A stretch of DNA of 64,000 nucleotides from Eledone cirrhosa (GCA_964016885.1 OZ024751.1:29016001-29080000), one strand, 5' to 3'; counted from the stretch's first letter, positions 1 to 15,115 are shown. Translations and numbers: made by a program. Notes: generated by a model from the sequence alone, not told the origin.

Positions 1-551
1 AGAGGTAAAGCCTTTACTGTGAACATATAATAGTAAATATAGAGTAATGTAAATGCTAAAGGGTTAAGCATTGTCATGCAAGGGGTTGGGGATTGAACCT
101 TTTCTATTGACCATTGTCAGGCACATAGGCTGCAGTATAAAATTCATTAATGTTTTTAACTAGTTGCATAAATTGAAGCAACATTAAATAAAGTGTCTTG
201 CTCAAGGTCACAATTCATTGCCAGCATTTGAACTCATGACCTAACGATTGTCAGTTAAATAACCCTCACCACTAAGCCATGCACTTTCACCCTTACATTA
301 TATATCAATGGTAATTAATAAAGAATACTAGGAGTGGATGTTAAAACACATTGCTTCATAAACCTGAAATGGATGCTCTTTTCAAAGGATCTTCCTATTG
401 TATTCTGAAATTCATTGATAGACCTGCTCTGAACAAAAAAACAACAACCAACAAAGAAAGCTTTATATTGTTGCTGCTATTGTTGTTGGTAATGATAATG
501 TTGTTGTTGTTATTGTTACAGGGCTCATTATTGTCAGCATTATTATTGTTG

Positions 552-588
<37 letters not shown>

Positions 589-1018
589 CCTCTGAATCAG
601 TTTATTATATTCCTTTCTATTCTATTGTGAAACACACGCATTACACATATACACAGTCTCTCTCTCTCTATCTCTCCCCCCCTCTCTCTATATATATATG
701 TATGTATATGGTAGATATGTGTGTAACTATAGTTACAGTTGGTTTGTGGTTTAAAGCACTCAATGCTGTGACAAGGTTGCATCTCGTGTAGGGTTTATAC
801 TTACTATACTCCAAGGTTAAGACTGCTGTGACATGTAGAGTGTAAATCAAGTAAGCAGGAATGGAGTGAAGGTAGTACCATGAATGAACTTCATTGCATA
901 TGGTAATTGTTCCAATATCGATCAGCTCAGGGCTTGATCATAATGATCGGAGGGTGTCTCTGCGCTGACATCTCATCAGATATAAGTGTTCATAAGCACA
1001 GAACACATTCAATATATA

Positions 1019-1212
1019 CCATATATACTCAAATATAAGTCGAACCCCCCACTATTTTATGTCTGAGAAATGGGTAAATATCCCAACCTTATTTACTTAT
1101 AATTTGAAGTTGGTGAAAATTCTCAAAATATTGACCCCGAATATGAGCCGACCCCCTTTTACTATCAATGTTTGGGTCACATATTCCTCGGCTCATATTC
1201 AAGTATATACGG
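1019..1212. mobile_element. Tc1/mariner-superfamily (Tc2/pogo-like) MITE
   Basis: Imperfect ~25-bp TIRs ccatatatactcaaatataagtcga / tcggctcatattcaagtatatacgg, flanked by TA on both sides. Confidence 0.8.
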
Positions 1213-1585
1213 TATATATAAAAACCTAGTATTTTAAGCCCATTTCCCCTGCTTAAAGCAGGGGTTAGCCTTGCTGGATTCATGACAGGCTTCATACACA
1301 TCATGGGGTTTTTTTGAGGCAATGTTTTACAGCCAGATGCCCTTCCTGGCACCAATGCTTGTAGTAACCTCTTGCAACCTGCAGAGATATAGTCTACCTA
1401 TTTCAAAACTGATTTACACAACTGAAATCTTCATTCTGAGGAAAGATAACTTCTTTACTTGCCCCACAAACGACTTGCAGATTACCATATATAGTCATGT
1501 ATAGATTACCATATAAAGTCACATGTTTTCGTATGGAAACATCATGTGGAAAAGCCACTTATCTATTGGACGTAATGGTATAGTG

Positions 1586-2280
1586 CAGTGGTCGCCAACT
1601 GGTGGTCCGCAGAAAAATCTGGACATTATTTGCAATTTTTATGTTTTATTAGTAATAAAAAAAACTAAAAATAACACCTTGCCTATGAACAAAGCGAAAC
1701 CTACAGTCAGTAGGCAACTCTTAACCAAATATACACCCTATCCCACTACCTCTACTCTACCCCCACTACCACCAACACTATCCTTTCTCTGTAAAGTTAT
1801 GTTGGTACCACAACATCCAGTCCAAAATAAATGAGGTCGTGTAGGTGTCACAACAAAAAAAACACACAGTCCACGCTGTAAATGTGGTTGGTGTTAGGAA
1901 GGGCATCCAACCGTAGAAAACCTGCCAGACAGTCCTATACGAGCGAGGCATGGTCACTCGACCAATCTTGCCTCAAGTAGGACAATTCCCGTCTAAACCC
2001 ATGCTAGCGTGGAAGATAGACGTTAAACGATGATGATGATGGAAACAAAAATAATATTCTGTTAAAATGTTTTATAACCCCCCCCCCCCCGTGTTGTTTC
2101 CCCTCAGTAAAGAACTAACATCGATGAAAGAATTTTACACATATGTATCATCTATCAACAATATGACACACAGGCTTCAGTATTGTTTCAGCCATTGACC
2201 ATTAATTCTTATTAAGTGGTTCGCAGGATTAAAATTATGAATTTAGTGGTCCATGAGGTCTGAAAGTTTGGCGACCACTG
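1586..2280. mobile_element. hAT (Charlie-like) non-autonomous element with a nested SINE fragment
   Basis: TIRs CAGTGGTCGCCAA / TTGGCGACCACTG and a perfect 8-bp TSD GTATAGTG (1578-1585 and 2281-2288). A SINE 3' part ending in (GAT)n lies at ~1830-2042. Confidence 0.9.
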
Positions 2281-2545
2281 GTATAGTGTAAAATGGTGGG
2301 ACTTACACACAACTATATATTTTAAATTGTCTATATTTATCCTAAAACCTTCCATCATAATTTTTATGTAAGGACCTGTGTTTCAAACACCAGTTTTAAT
2401 CTTAACCACATGAAACCACATTAGCAGGACATTCATAATAAAAACAGCATTATGACTGCATCGCATTAAAACATTTATATTTTTAAGTTAATTTGGTTTA
2501 CTCCAAATTTTCACAACAATCTGTCCACCAGTAAAGATACTTTAA

Positions 2546-2762
2546 CCCTTTAGCATTTCAACCGACCGTATCCAGCCAGAATTCTCTCACCTCTTTCGGT
2601 CCAAACTGGCCATAACTGGCCATTGATACTGATGTTAAGGTTTTGTTCTCAAAATAAATATCAGAATCTCGTAGATTTGATATTATGAGAGATATTTTGT
2701 AAGATAAAGCCTTTACCATGAAAATATAATTGTAAATATAGAGTAATGTAAATGTTAAAGGG
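2546..2762. mobile_element. piggyBac-type MITE (~217 bp)
   Basis: TTAA-CCCTTTAGCATTT...AAATGTTAAAGGG-TTAA. Other copies or fragments lie at 1-66, 13885-14010, 39636-39836, 42295-43112, 44850-45090 and 48632-49377. Confidence 0.85.
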
Positions 2763-3729
2763 TTAAATATTTGAATTAATAAACCCAACAACCACAACAA
2801 ACACCACACAACAACCACTACACAATAATCACAACAACTGCAACACAACACCACCACTACACAATCACTCCAGGAACAACCACCACCACATAATCACATA
2901 ATTCCACCACACAATCACAACCACACAACCACCACCACCATTAACACCACCACATAACAACAGCAACAACAACAAACATCAACAATTCGCTTTCCCAAAT
3001 CCAGTGAATTGTTGAGATATTTATTCAATTGTTATTAAGAGAGGCAGTGTTGTGGTGTTGTAGGGTGGGATATTGTGGGGTTGTGAGGGTGTATGTGAGG
3101 TTATGTAGGGTGGGGGATCTGTGTGGTTGTGTAGGGTGGGGGATCTGTGTGTTAGTGAGAGGGAGTTGGCTTTGTTCTAGAGTGTTCTTTTAAGTTCCAA
3201 AAGTTTCTGTAATACTGCTGTTAAAAACAATAGCACCTGTTAGGAATTATCTCTTCCTTTCTTTCCTTCTTTCTCCCCCTTTCCTTCCACTCTCCAATCT
3301 CACTCCCACTCTTTATCTCTCCCCATGCTCATGCCCTCTCGTTCCCTGCTCTCTCCATCTTCCCCATCTCCCAATCTCTCTCTCTCTCTCCCCTTCTCTC
3401 TACCATCAGCCCCTCACTCCCCCTTACCTTACCTTACCCTTTCTCCCCCCTCCTCCCCTCTCTCACCCCTCCACACTCACATACACACATGCACATACAC
3501 ACATACACACACACACGCACACTCACACACTCACACGCACGCACGCACGCACATGCACACACACACACATACACACGCACTCACACATACACTCACACAC
3601 TCACGCACACACACACTTGCACACCCACATGCACACACACATACACTCACACACCCCTACTGTTAGAAAGGGGTTGTTGCCTATTGTTAACCTCAGGGGT
3701 AATATATATACACCACTCATGTATGTATG

Positions 3730-3795
<66 letters not shown>

Positions 3796-4097
3796 TTACA
3801 GTTGTAAAAGGTTGCTATATATTTATTATTTTTATCTGTTATCATCATCATCATCATAGCAATGGTGGAGGGGGAGAGATAGAGAGGGAGGAAGATAGAG
3901 GGGGTGAGAGAGATAGAAAGGAGGAGAAAGAGGGGGGAGAGAGTATTATTTGTTGGGGCTGTATAGGGGTTTTTTAAGGGTGGAAAAGATAGGATATATT
4001 TTTTGGTGGATGGATGTGAAGTGGGGGTATGTGGTGTAATTTATTAAATAGGATTATATCATCAGTATCCATTAATATCAACATTATCATTATGTTA

Positions 4098-4143
<46 letters not shown>

Positions 4144-4297
4144 GTATATATATATATATATATATATCATTGATTAATGCCTATCTTCCATGCTAATATG
4201 TGTGTGTGTGTATATATATATTTGTATATATGTGTATATATACTTGTTTAAAAGTTTGGGTGTATATATATGTGTTTACATGCACACATACACTCAT

Positions 4298-4338
<41 letters not shown>

Positions 4339-4406
4339 TGCATATATGTCTATACATTTGTGTAAAGGTATGGGTGTATATATGTTTGTTTACACACACA
4401 CACACA

Positions 4407-4462
<56 letters not shown>

Positions 4463-4789
4463 TGCCTGTTTCTCAAATCTTTTTCTCCTTCTTTATTTAT
4501 TATATCTTTTCTTTTCTTTCTTTGTTATCTATGTTGTCACAAAGAGATCTTTTGGGGTGTAAAATAATCAAATACAACAAGAATAATAATAAAAAAAAAA
4601 AAATAATTTCCAAGTCAAGATAAACATAAAATCTAGATAAACAATGAACATAAACAATGCTGTGAACCATTAAAGCAACAATATGGTTGTTTACTGACAA
4701 TCAACATAGCAGATCTTCATGTAAAGCTGTTGTTTATTGTTTTATAATCATTGACAGTGATGTTGATGAGAATGAGATGGTTGTTGTGC

Positions 4790-5850
4790 TTGTGTTAGTG
4801 GTGATGTTGTGTTGTATGTGGTGGTGGTGGTGGTGATGTGTTGTATGTGGTGGTGGTGGTGGTGGTGGTGTTGTAGTAGTGTTGCTGTTGTATGTGGTGT
4901 ATGTGGTGGTGGTGGTGTTGTAGTCTTGCTGTTGTATGTGGTGGTGTTAGTGGTGGTGGTGGTGGTGTTGTATGTGGTGGTGGTGGTGATGTGTTGTATG
5001 TGGTGGTGTTGGTGGTGGTGTATGTGGTGGTGTTGTGTTGTATGTGGTGGTGTTAGTGGTGATGTGTTGTATGTGGTGGTGTTGGTGGTGGTGTATGTGG
5101 TGGTGTTGTGTTGTATGTGGTGGTGTTAGTGGTGATGTGTTGTATGTGGTGGTGTTGGTGTTGTAGTAGTCTTGCTGTTGTATGTGGTGGTGTATGTGGT
5201 GGTGTATGTGGTGGTGTTTGTGGTGGTGTTTGTGGTGGTGGTGGTGTTGTAGTCTTGCTGTTGTATGTGGTGGTGTATGTGGTGGTGGTGGTGTTGTAGT
5301 CTTGCTGTTGTATGTGGTGGTGGTGGTGTTGTAGTAGTTTTGCTGTTGTATGTGGTGGTGTATGTGGTGGTGGTGGTGTTGTAGTCTTGCTGTTGTATGT
5401 GGTGTATGTGGTGGTGGTGGTGTTGTAGTCTTGCTGTTGTATGTGGTGGTGTTTGCTGGAGGTGTTGTAATGTTGTTGGTGGTGTTGTAGTGGTGTTGTT
5501 GGTGTTGTGTTGGTGGTGTTGTAGTGTTGCTGTTGTTGTTTGTGGAGTTGTAATGTTGTTGGTGGTGTTGTAGTGGTGTTGTTGCTGTTGATGTTTGTAG
5601 TGTTGTTGGTGTTGTTGTTTGTGGTGTTGTGGTTGTGTTGTTGCTGGTGGTTGTTAGTGGTTTTTGTAGTGTTGTTGGTGATGGTGGTGGTTTTGGCATT
5701 GAGTGTTGTTGGAGGTGTTGCTGATGTTGATACTGGTGGTGTTGTATCGTTGATGGTGGTGTTATTGTTGTGGTTGCAGTGGGTGGTCTGGTGGTTGTTG
5801 ATAGTTGTGACATTATTGCTGTGGTTGGTGGCAGTATTGTTTTTTGTTGT
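4790..5850. repeat. Degenerate (GGT/GTT)n low-complexity tract
   Basis: Directly visible; similar tracts at 20750-21380, 24500-25420, 25815-26670 and 51800-52200. Confidence 0.9.
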
Positions 5851-6339
5851 ATAAAATGCTCAGCCATAGAAACTGTGCCAAAAACTGCAATGTGTGAGCC
5901 AAACATGATGCTCTGACAACTCGCATCTCAGATTTTGACAACCCATCCAAACCATTTCATCATGGAATACAGACATAAAATGACAATAATTATGATAAAT
6001 ATGATAATGTTGATGATGATAACATTTGTGAGGAACTTTCTACGACAGTTTCACAGTTTCAATTTTTTGCTCTGACCTGTAGCTAAGTTGTATTCCATAC
6101 ACTTCCTTACCAAAGTTTTATTCCAGATATTTCAACAAAACCTTCAAATTCTCAAAAGAAAAAGAAGGAAAGACCTGGTTCTTCTGACATAAAAACTAAT
6201 GCTAGGCAGTATTTGTATTTATCTTAAGATGTCTTTGTTTCTTGTTAAAAATTTGGTCACAGAGAAGAATTATATTCCATGTTTGGTTAAAGACAGTTGT
6301 GCAAATTATGCTTGAACATAATATATGTATGTGTGTGTC

Positions 6340-6640
6340 TGCATCTTTGAGTAGAATGTATGTGTGTTTGTGTGTGTATGTCCTTGAGTAGAATAGATGT
6401 ATGTATGTGTGTATGTTCTTGAGTAGAATATATGTGTGTGTCCTTGTCTTTGAGTAGAATGTATGTGTGTTTGTGTGTGTATGTCCTTGAGTAGAATAGA
6501 TGTATGTATGTGTGTATGTTCTTGAGTAGAATATATGTGGTTGTCCTTGTCTTTGAGTAGAATGTATGTGTGTTTGTGTGTGTCTGTCCTGGAGTAGAAT
6601 GTATGTGTGTGTGCGTCTCCACGAGCAGAATATATGTGTG
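6340..6640. repeat. GAGTAGAAT-anchored ~35-bp subunits forming a ~103-bp higher-order repeat
   Basis: Eight gagtagaat anchors with a repeating three-subunit pattern. Confidence 0.8.
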
Positions 6641-7511
6641 CGCGTGTATATATGAATGTATGTATGTGTATATATGTATACCAGACATTAAATAATGATG
6701 ATGTATACATGTGCATACACGTGTAATACGTGTGTGTGTATATAGGTTTGTATTTATGTAGGTATGTCTATATAGATGTACATGTATGTATGTATGTATA
6801 ACAGACACTAAATGATGATGATGACATATACATATGTGTGTATATATGTAGGTATGACTATATGTATGTTTATATGAAGGTATAACTATATGTAGGTATG
6901 TCTATATGCATGTGTATATGTATTATGTCTATATGTATGTCTACATGTGTGCGTGTGTATATGTAGGTATGATTATATGTATGTCTGTATGTATGTGTAT
7001 ATGTAGGTATGTCTATACGTTTATATGTATGTACATGTATATATATATATGTATAACAGACACTAAATGATGAGGATGATATATATATATATGTGTGTGT
7101 GTATACATGTATGTGTGTGACAGGGTACCATTTTCTCTTGTGTTTCTTCTGCCTGTTTATTTTGCAAACAAACACAGTTGAAGAGTTCCTATTCACTGGA
7201 GGCTGAGAGATCTGTTGGCAAAAGTGTCCGAAGGACAAAAAAAAAAAAAAAAAAATTCATGAATAATAATAATAATAATAATGATAATAATAATAATAAT
7301 AAATGTGAAAGAAGGAATGAATGAATGAAAAGGAAAGATTTCTATTGAATTAGTGTTTGTAATATGAAGGCATTACAATGGCGATCTTAGCTTGGACACA
7401 GATAATAAATGCAATCATGTCTGTATGTTGTATTGGGTTGGTTTGGGTTGGCTTGGGTTAGTTTGTCTTGGGTTGCTGTACATATTTCTAAGGAGTGAGA
7501 GGAGATGGAGG

Positions 7512-7549
<38 letters not shown>

Positions 7550-7656
7550 AGAAAGAGAGGAACCAAGAAAATAAATGAGAAATGAAGAAAGACAGAGGTG
7601 GGGAAAAGAAGAAAAGGTGGCGTTCATTAGATAAATATAGATTCAGATAGATAGAA

Positions 7657-7713
<57 letters not shown>

Positions 7714-7781
7714 CTGAGAGAGAGAGGTAGATAGATACTGAGATAGAATAGCTATCTATATAACATATTAAATATAGAAAT

Positions 7782-7833
7782 GGCTTCTACAGGACTAGAA
7801 CTGTTTCATTAGAAGGAAATCATCAGGAAAGCC
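7782..7833 (-). ncRNA. Degenerate type I hammerhead motif
   Basis: ggctttc CUGAUGA tttccttctaat GAA ACAG-ttctagtc-CUGU A gaagcc; stems I and III are good, stem II is decayed. Confidence 0.55.
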
Positions 7834-8019
7834 TGATAAATAGATAGATAAATGTAAAGATATAGATGTAGATAGTTAGATAATTGGCCATGGCCTATTA
7901 CAAGATTTAGAGCCTAGGATTCACATCCTCATGGGCCCATTATCAGCTTTGGGACTCAGATTTCACATTTAGCCAGGGCTTATTATCAGCTTTGGGACCT
8001 ACATTTCACATTTGGCCTA

Positions 8020-8800
8020 GTAAAGTACTGGGTCGATATAATCAATTTGCCCATCCCCACAAGTTTCTGGACTTGTGCCTAGATTTGAAGGTCATTATGA
8101 ACTCTGGGAAAAGGTTGCAGGGGATTGGCAGAACCAGTAGAGCGTGAAATAAAGTGCCTTGTCCCATTTACATAGTTACAGCTCTTAACACTTCCAAGTT
8201 CAAACCTGTTGAGGTCAACTTTGACTATCATCCTTACGGGGTTGATAAAATAAAGTACCAGTAATGCACTGAGGTTCAATATAGAGTTTTGTCCCCCGTT
8301 CTCCCCCTACAAATTGCTGGCCTTGTGCCTAAGCTAGAAATCATTATTTTAATATAAATAAATTCGGGAATTGGCAGTAATCGGTAAAGCATCAAACAAC
8401 GTTTTATGGCATAGAGTTACGGCCCTTTACGTTCTGAGTTCAAATCCCGCTGAGGTTAGCTTTACCTTTCATCCTTCTGAGTTTGATAAAATAGAGTACT
8501 GGTAACACACTGCAGGTGGGGGTGTGGGGGTCAATATAATCAACTTAGCCCCCACCCCACCTTCTCCATAAATTGCTGGCCTTTTGCCTAAAATAGATAT
8601 CGGTAGATTGTGAAAGACCATGCTTCGTAGCATAGAGTTATGTACCTTTACATTCAGAGTTCAAATCTTGCTGAGGTTAGCGTTGCTTTTCATCCTTACA
8701 AGATCAATGAAACAAAGTACCAGTAATGTACTGGGGTCGATTTAATCGACTTTTTCCCTCCCCAAAAATTGTTGGCCTTGTGTCTGAATCAGAAACCGTT
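8020..8800 (+). mobile_element. Head-to-tail cluster of 3-4 older SINE A copies
   Basis: Repeated gttcaaa...ctttcatcct...gataaaataaagtaccag...ggccttgtgcct modules. Confidence 0.8.
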
Positions 8801-9479
8801 ATTTAATGTAAATTTTATGTAAATAATATAAATCAATATATATAGATACGTAAACAATACTATTTCAAACCTATAATGTCTGGTAATTCACTTTTATTTT
8901 TCCACATGACCTCATCCTTTCAGTTACCTCCCCCTGTTTTTCTATGCCATGTTGCCAAGCAACCACATTAAAAATGGGAGAGTTACTGCAATCCGAATAA
9001 CCCAAATATGATCTCATTATATTTAGTCTTGGGTTGTTAACTTTCATATTTCAGATCTGGTCTAGCTCATACTTAACTTATTAACTCTTTCTCCACATAT
9101 CTCTCGCCATTCTATTTCTATCTATCTATCTATATGTCTGTTTGTCTCTCTACTTATCTATCTACTTATCTATCTATCTATCTACTTATCTATTTACTTT
9201 CCTATCTATCTACTTATCTATCTATCTATCTACTTATCTATCGACTTTCCTATCTATCTGCTTTCCTATCTATCTACTTATCTATCTATCTACTTATCTA
9301 TTTATCTATCTTACCTAACTATCTACATGCCTATCTATCTATCTATCTGTTTATGTATCTATCTTCACGTCTACGTATCTATCTAGCTATCTATTTCAAT
9401 CGATTTGTCTGTCTATCTATCTCTCTGTCTATTTATGTCTATCTCTCTCTCTCTCTCTCTCTCGCTCTCTCTCTCTCGC

Positions 9480-9557
<78 letters not shown>

Positions 9558-9559
<2 letters not shown>

Positions 9560-9829
9560 GGCATGTGGCCTAGTGGTAAGGGTGTTTCACTTAGGATTAT
9601 AATGTTGTGGGTTTGATTCCTGGGTTGCGTCGTGTGTTCTTGGGCAAAACATTTCATTTCACGTTGCTCCAGTATACTCAGCTGAAAATGAGTACCAGCA
9701 GTAGCTGGGGGTTTGACTCAGTGATGGACTGGTGTCCTGTCCAGGGGGGAGTCTTGTACTCTCAGTCGCTTCACGCCATGAAACTGGGATAAGCACTGGC
9801 CAAATGAGCCTTCTGTCTTAAGACAGACT

Positions 9830-9830
<1 letters not shown>
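9558..9830 (+). mobile_element. tRNA/CORE-like SINE with a V-SINE-like 3' part
   Basis: tggcctagtggtaaggg...gggtttgattcc...cttgggcaaaacattt...gtgatggactggtgtcctgtccaggggg. Confidence 0.75.
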
Positions 9831-9868
<38 letters not shown>

Positions 9869-10326
9869 TCTTTCTATCTATCTATCTTTCTCTTTATCTA
9901 TCTATATCTATTCATCTATATTTATCTGTCTGTCTACTGACCTCCCAAAATCATGCTTACATACATTCCATCTTTTGGTATACTTTCTAAAGCTGGGGTA
10001 CCCTTTCTATCACCAATTTTCTCTCTCTCTACACACACATACATTACAGTGGATATTTAAAATACCATTATTTGAAATAACATTCAAAGAATAACTGAAA
10101 ATAAACTTTAAAATTAAGCAATTCCAGATACCCAATGCAACCAGATGAAGCAACAAATCTGATGCTTTTCTCATCAGTAAATTGTAAATATATAAATATA
10201 TATATATATAAATATATATATATAGTACCAAAACGTTAAAACCCTCTTCCTATTATTTCAAGTGTTAAACTAATATGTTCCTTCCATATACTGTACTGAT
10301 TGTGTCGTTATTTCTATTTACCTTTT

Positions 10327-10407
<81 letters not shown>

Positions 10408-10599
10408 CATCTATATATATACCCATCTACATATATAAATATATATATATATATACCCATCTATATATATCATGTTCTGTGGAGGCGATATAGCTACCCT
10501 GGTATTTGAAGTCGTCAACTTGCTTGATTATATCGCCGTTTAGACTTCGCAGACCAACTGAGGAGTCTTGGTTCAGGCAAATATATTCTGTTTTGCCTG

Positions 10600-10845
10600 C
10601 GTGGACAGAGACTCAGATTTGCGGGCCACTGTTGGTGCAGCAAGGAAGAAATAGCAGGTGATGTGTTGTTATGGAGTCCATCACATGGAGCAAGAAACGC
10701 TGGTCGTCCCAAGAAGACATACGTCAAGCAGCTTGAGGACGATACTGGATGCACTGCGGAAGAACTGGCAAACGCTATGAGAGACTGAGATGGATGGAGG
10801 AAACGTGTCGTAGAAAGCCGAGCAAGCTCGACCTGATGATGATGA
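10600..10845 (+). mobile_element. 3' end of a second, distinct RTE-clade LINE with (TGA)n tail
   Basis: Manual translation: RGQRLRFAGHCWCSKEEIAGDVLLWSPSHGARNAGRPKKTYVKQLEDDTG...EELANAMRD*DGWRKRV...ST*, followed by tgatgatgat. This is a typical RTE C-terminus with one in-frame stop, and it is missing from the ORF track. Confidence 0.85.
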
Positions 10846-11184
10846 TATATATATATATATCATCATCATCATCATCATCACCGTTTTACGTCCGTTCATC
10901 CACGCTAGCATGGGTTAGACGGGTTGTCCTGTTGTGGGCAGTGTCTGGTCGGCTGACCATGCCTTGCTCATACAGGAACTGATATATATATATAATGTAT
11001 ATTTAAAGTAATAACAATGTTAATAGGTAGTTAGTTCTTGTTATTCTTCCTGAAGTAAAATGTGGTTTAACTATACACTATACACTATACCCTATTATAT
11101 ATCAACTGATGTATTAATATGTTTCATTCTCTAAGTTTTGTGTTGCTAGGAAATAGTTCCTGGCTGGCCTTTCTTTGGAAATGG

Positions 11185-11256
<72 letters not shown>

Positions 11257-11609
11257 TCACCCCCTCACTCTCATGCTCCTTGCTCCCCCTCTCCCCCCTC
11301 TCCCATGCTCTCTTTCTCCCTCTTTGGTCTTCCGCCACCACCGCTTCCTACCTTTCTCACCCTAGTGCTCTTTCTCTCCCTCTGTTTTGCAGCCCCTCCT
11401 CTATCTCTTGCACTCCCTCTCTTTCTCTCTTACCCCCCTCTCTGTCTCTTTTTCTCCCTCTCTTTTCCTCCCTATCTAGCTATCTCTACCTTCTCATTGT
11501 TTTAACCAAATACATAACTGTTGTGTTAAGCTTGGAAGATCAATAGTTAAAGATATTTATATATATATATATGTGTATGTGCATGTATGCATATATATGT
11601 CTGGGTGTG

Positions 11610-11662
<53 letters not shown>

Positions 11663-11743
11663 GTGCGTGTGTATGTATATTTGCATGTGTGTGTGTGTAT
11701 ACATATATATATGTATGTGTGTATGTATATCTCCATGTATGTG

Positions 11744-11791
<48 letters not shown>

Positions 11792-11964
11792 TATGTGTGT
11801 GTACATCTGCATGTATGTGTGTTTATATATACATATACATATATATATATATATATGTATATGTATGTATGTATATCTGAATGTATGTGTGTATATATAT
11901 ATGTATGTATGTATATCTGCATGTATGTGTGTATACATATATATGTATGTATGTATATCTGAAT

Positions 11965-12013
<49 letters not shown>

Positions 12014-12333
12014 TGTGTGTATGTATATCTGCATGTATGTGTATATGTGTGTGTATATCTGTATGTATGTGTGCTTATATATATATGTGTGTGTATATGT
12101 GTATGTATATACACGTGTCTCTGTGTATATGTGTATGTATATATATGTGTGTATGTATGTATATCTGAATGTATGTCTACTAACTCCAACAAACCAGTCA
12201 GACCATTCATTGGTCTATTCTGTTTATTGAGGTAATTCATTGTTGCTTCTCTTATTAACTATTAAATGTTTCAGTTTCATGTGAATTAGATGGTTTCTCT
12301 TTTGTCTTGTCTTCCATATATATATATTTATAT

Positions 12334-12374
<41 letters not shown>

Positions 12375-12473
12375 CATATACATACATACATATATATATA
12401 TATATATTTATATACACATGCATATATATATACATACATACATATATATACATACATACATACATATGTATAT

Positions 12474-12506
<33 letters not shown>

Positions 12507-12531
12507 CATACATATATATATATCTACATAC

Positions 12532-12562
<31 letters not shown>

Positions 12563-13094
12563 CATACATATATATATATCTACATATATATATATACATA
12601 TATATATACACATACACACACATATATATATATATATAGATATTCTTTATTTTTAGGTATATATATATATGTGTATGTATATATATATATATATACACAT
12701 ACACACATATATATATACATACACATATATCTATATCTATATCTATCTCTCTATATATATATATGGTGGCTGTCAACTCGTTTTCGAGTACGGCCACTAC
12801 TTTATATCCATGTAGGAGAACCCCTACCGAAGCGCTGAACGAGTGTGACCTTTTAGTTCAGCCAGGGACTTGAAAACTCTGGTACAAACACTACACTTGT
12901 GACAATTATTGACACATAGTGCTGGGCCCATGGTACCATGTGACGACAAGTGCAGAGAGATCTCCAGATATAAAGCAATGCCTGTGCCGTGAAGCTTTTA
13001 TAGTGAGCAAAGGCACTGCACAAAGCCAGTCCCACTCTCTTAACCAAGATGATATTTACCAAAAAGAAGAACAAGTCAACATCATTGGATACCA

Positions 13095-13620
13095 TCAGGG
13101 TTGCAGTCTGCGTAGATCCTCTGCACACAATGCCCATGTCTCACTGCCATGTAACATAGCTGTTCATATGCAGGGATCATACAGTCTGCCTTTCATCTTT
13201 AGAGAGAAACTTTTAGCGGCCAATAGTGGTATAAGCTCTCTGAACTTTTTCCCTCCCGTTCTGACTCTGGCTACTGTACTTTCTGAGCACCCTCCACCAC
13301 TGCTGATTTTGTCACCCAGGTAACGGAAGGTGTCCACTATTTCTATAGAGCCATCTGGGCAATAGAAGGAGCTAGTATCCTGTGGGCGCTTGCTACTTAT
13401 TGCACCTGAGTACCGGCCATATATAAAATCTACGTTCTTAGATAGCTTACCTGTGATCCCACTACATCTTTTATGCACCCATACTTTGCATTTGGGACAT
13501 AAAATGGAGTTTCTGCCTACTCCTTTCCTACACACTGAGCATGGCCATTTCCCTGAGGGGACCTGTGCCCTATTTTCCTTCCTACATACTAGAACCTTAG
13601 CCTTAGACAAGTTAACTTTG
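13095..13620 (-). mobile_element. Decayed internal fragment of the same RTE LINE family
   Basis: ORF 13164-13706(-) reads KVNLSKAKVL...GKWPCSVCRKGVGRNSILCPKC...FRYLGD...MKGRLYD, closely matching the protein at 60360-60870. A stop follows, then homology continues to EDLRRL. Confidence 0.92.
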
Positions 13621-14239
13621 TTAATTGAAATGGTTACAGTATCTTTAGTAGTGGACAGATCATGGTGAATATTTGCAGTATTACAGTTACAATGTGATGT
13701 AGTCATAGTACTGTTTTATACTTTTAAAGATTATCTTGCTGATGTGGTTTCATGTGTTCGTTTTAATTCAAATATTATGTTTATAGTATCTTTACGTATG
13801 GATAGATTGTTGTGTGAATTTACCATATTGGAGTAAAGACTTTAATTTCTAATGTGATGCAGTTATAATGCTATTTCTACATTTTAGCCCTTTTAGTATT
13901 TACACCGGCTGTATCTGGCTAGAATTGTCTCTTCGATATTATGTGAGATAAAGCCTTTACTGCTAAAATACAATAGTAAATATAGAGTAATGTAAATGCT
14001 AAAGGGTTAAGAATGACATGTTAATGGGGTTTCATATGGTTTGTTAATTCAAATGATTATAGTATCTTTAGTAGTGGACAGATCATTGTGAAAATTTGCC
14101 TTTGATATTTAATGTGATGTAATGAAAGTGCTGTTTTGTACTTACAAAAATGCCTTGCTAATGTGGTCTCGTGGTACAGAATGCTGTGAGGTAACTCACT
14201 TTTAGTCAGTGTAGGATATTTTTAAAATTATTTTCCAAT

Positions 14240-14590
14240 CATCGGAACAATGTTTCCATTGGTCTTTCCATTGCTGATACTATCTACCAGTTGCAACTCT
14301 TGGCAGAATATAGGAGCTGATTGTTAGATTAAAACAAGGGAACAATGTTTCCATTGGTCTTTCCATTGCTGATACTGTCTACCAATTGAAACTCTTGGCA
14401 GAAGAAAGAAGCTGATTAACAATTTGACCAAGGAAACAATGTCTCCATTGGTCTTTCCATTGCTGATACTATCTACCAGTTGCAACTCTTGGCAGAATAT
14501 AGGAGCCGATTGTTAGATTGGACCAAGGGAATAATGTTTCCATTGCACTTTCCACTGTCAATACTATCTACCGGTCACAATTCCTCGCAG
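14240..14590. repeat. ~95-bp tandem repeat (~3.5 units) of a SINE 3' module
   Basis: Repeated ggaacaatgtttccattggtctttccattgctgatact; a SINE head follows on the minus strand at ~14600-14705. Confidence 0.85.
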
Positions 14591-15050
14591 AAGGAGCAGC
14601 ATGAAGTAAAGTAATTTTGTTCAAGAACACACCACATCGTTTGGACCAAGAACCAAACACACAGCCTTATTATCATTAGTTCAACACCCTAACCACTCGG
14701 CCACATATTTCCTCTATGGCATAATACCAATGACAACAGAATATATATAACATACACTATATAGTGTCTGTCTATTGTACTGTTTAACTGTGTATTTCAT
14801 CAGCTACAATTTTCCATTGCTCTTTACACTTAGTCACATTTCTATTTGGGAAAAAACAAAAACAAATCCCTTTGTTGTTAAAGTCTATACATATTTCATT
14901 ATGGTTGTATCATAACAATACTTTAGAGGTTAATTTCCTTGGGGACCTTAACACTTACATATCTGAAGGAAGCACAAAACCAAACAAAACAAAACAAAAT
15001 CTAAAAGCTGTGTGTTTATGTATATATATATATCTGTATATATGTTCGTT

Positions 15051-15115
<65 letters not shown>

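Noticed and set aside
10552-10595. Hammerhead-like CTGAGGA gtct...aggc AAA
   Set aside because: The G of GAAA is missing and stem I is unconvincing; at most a fossil.
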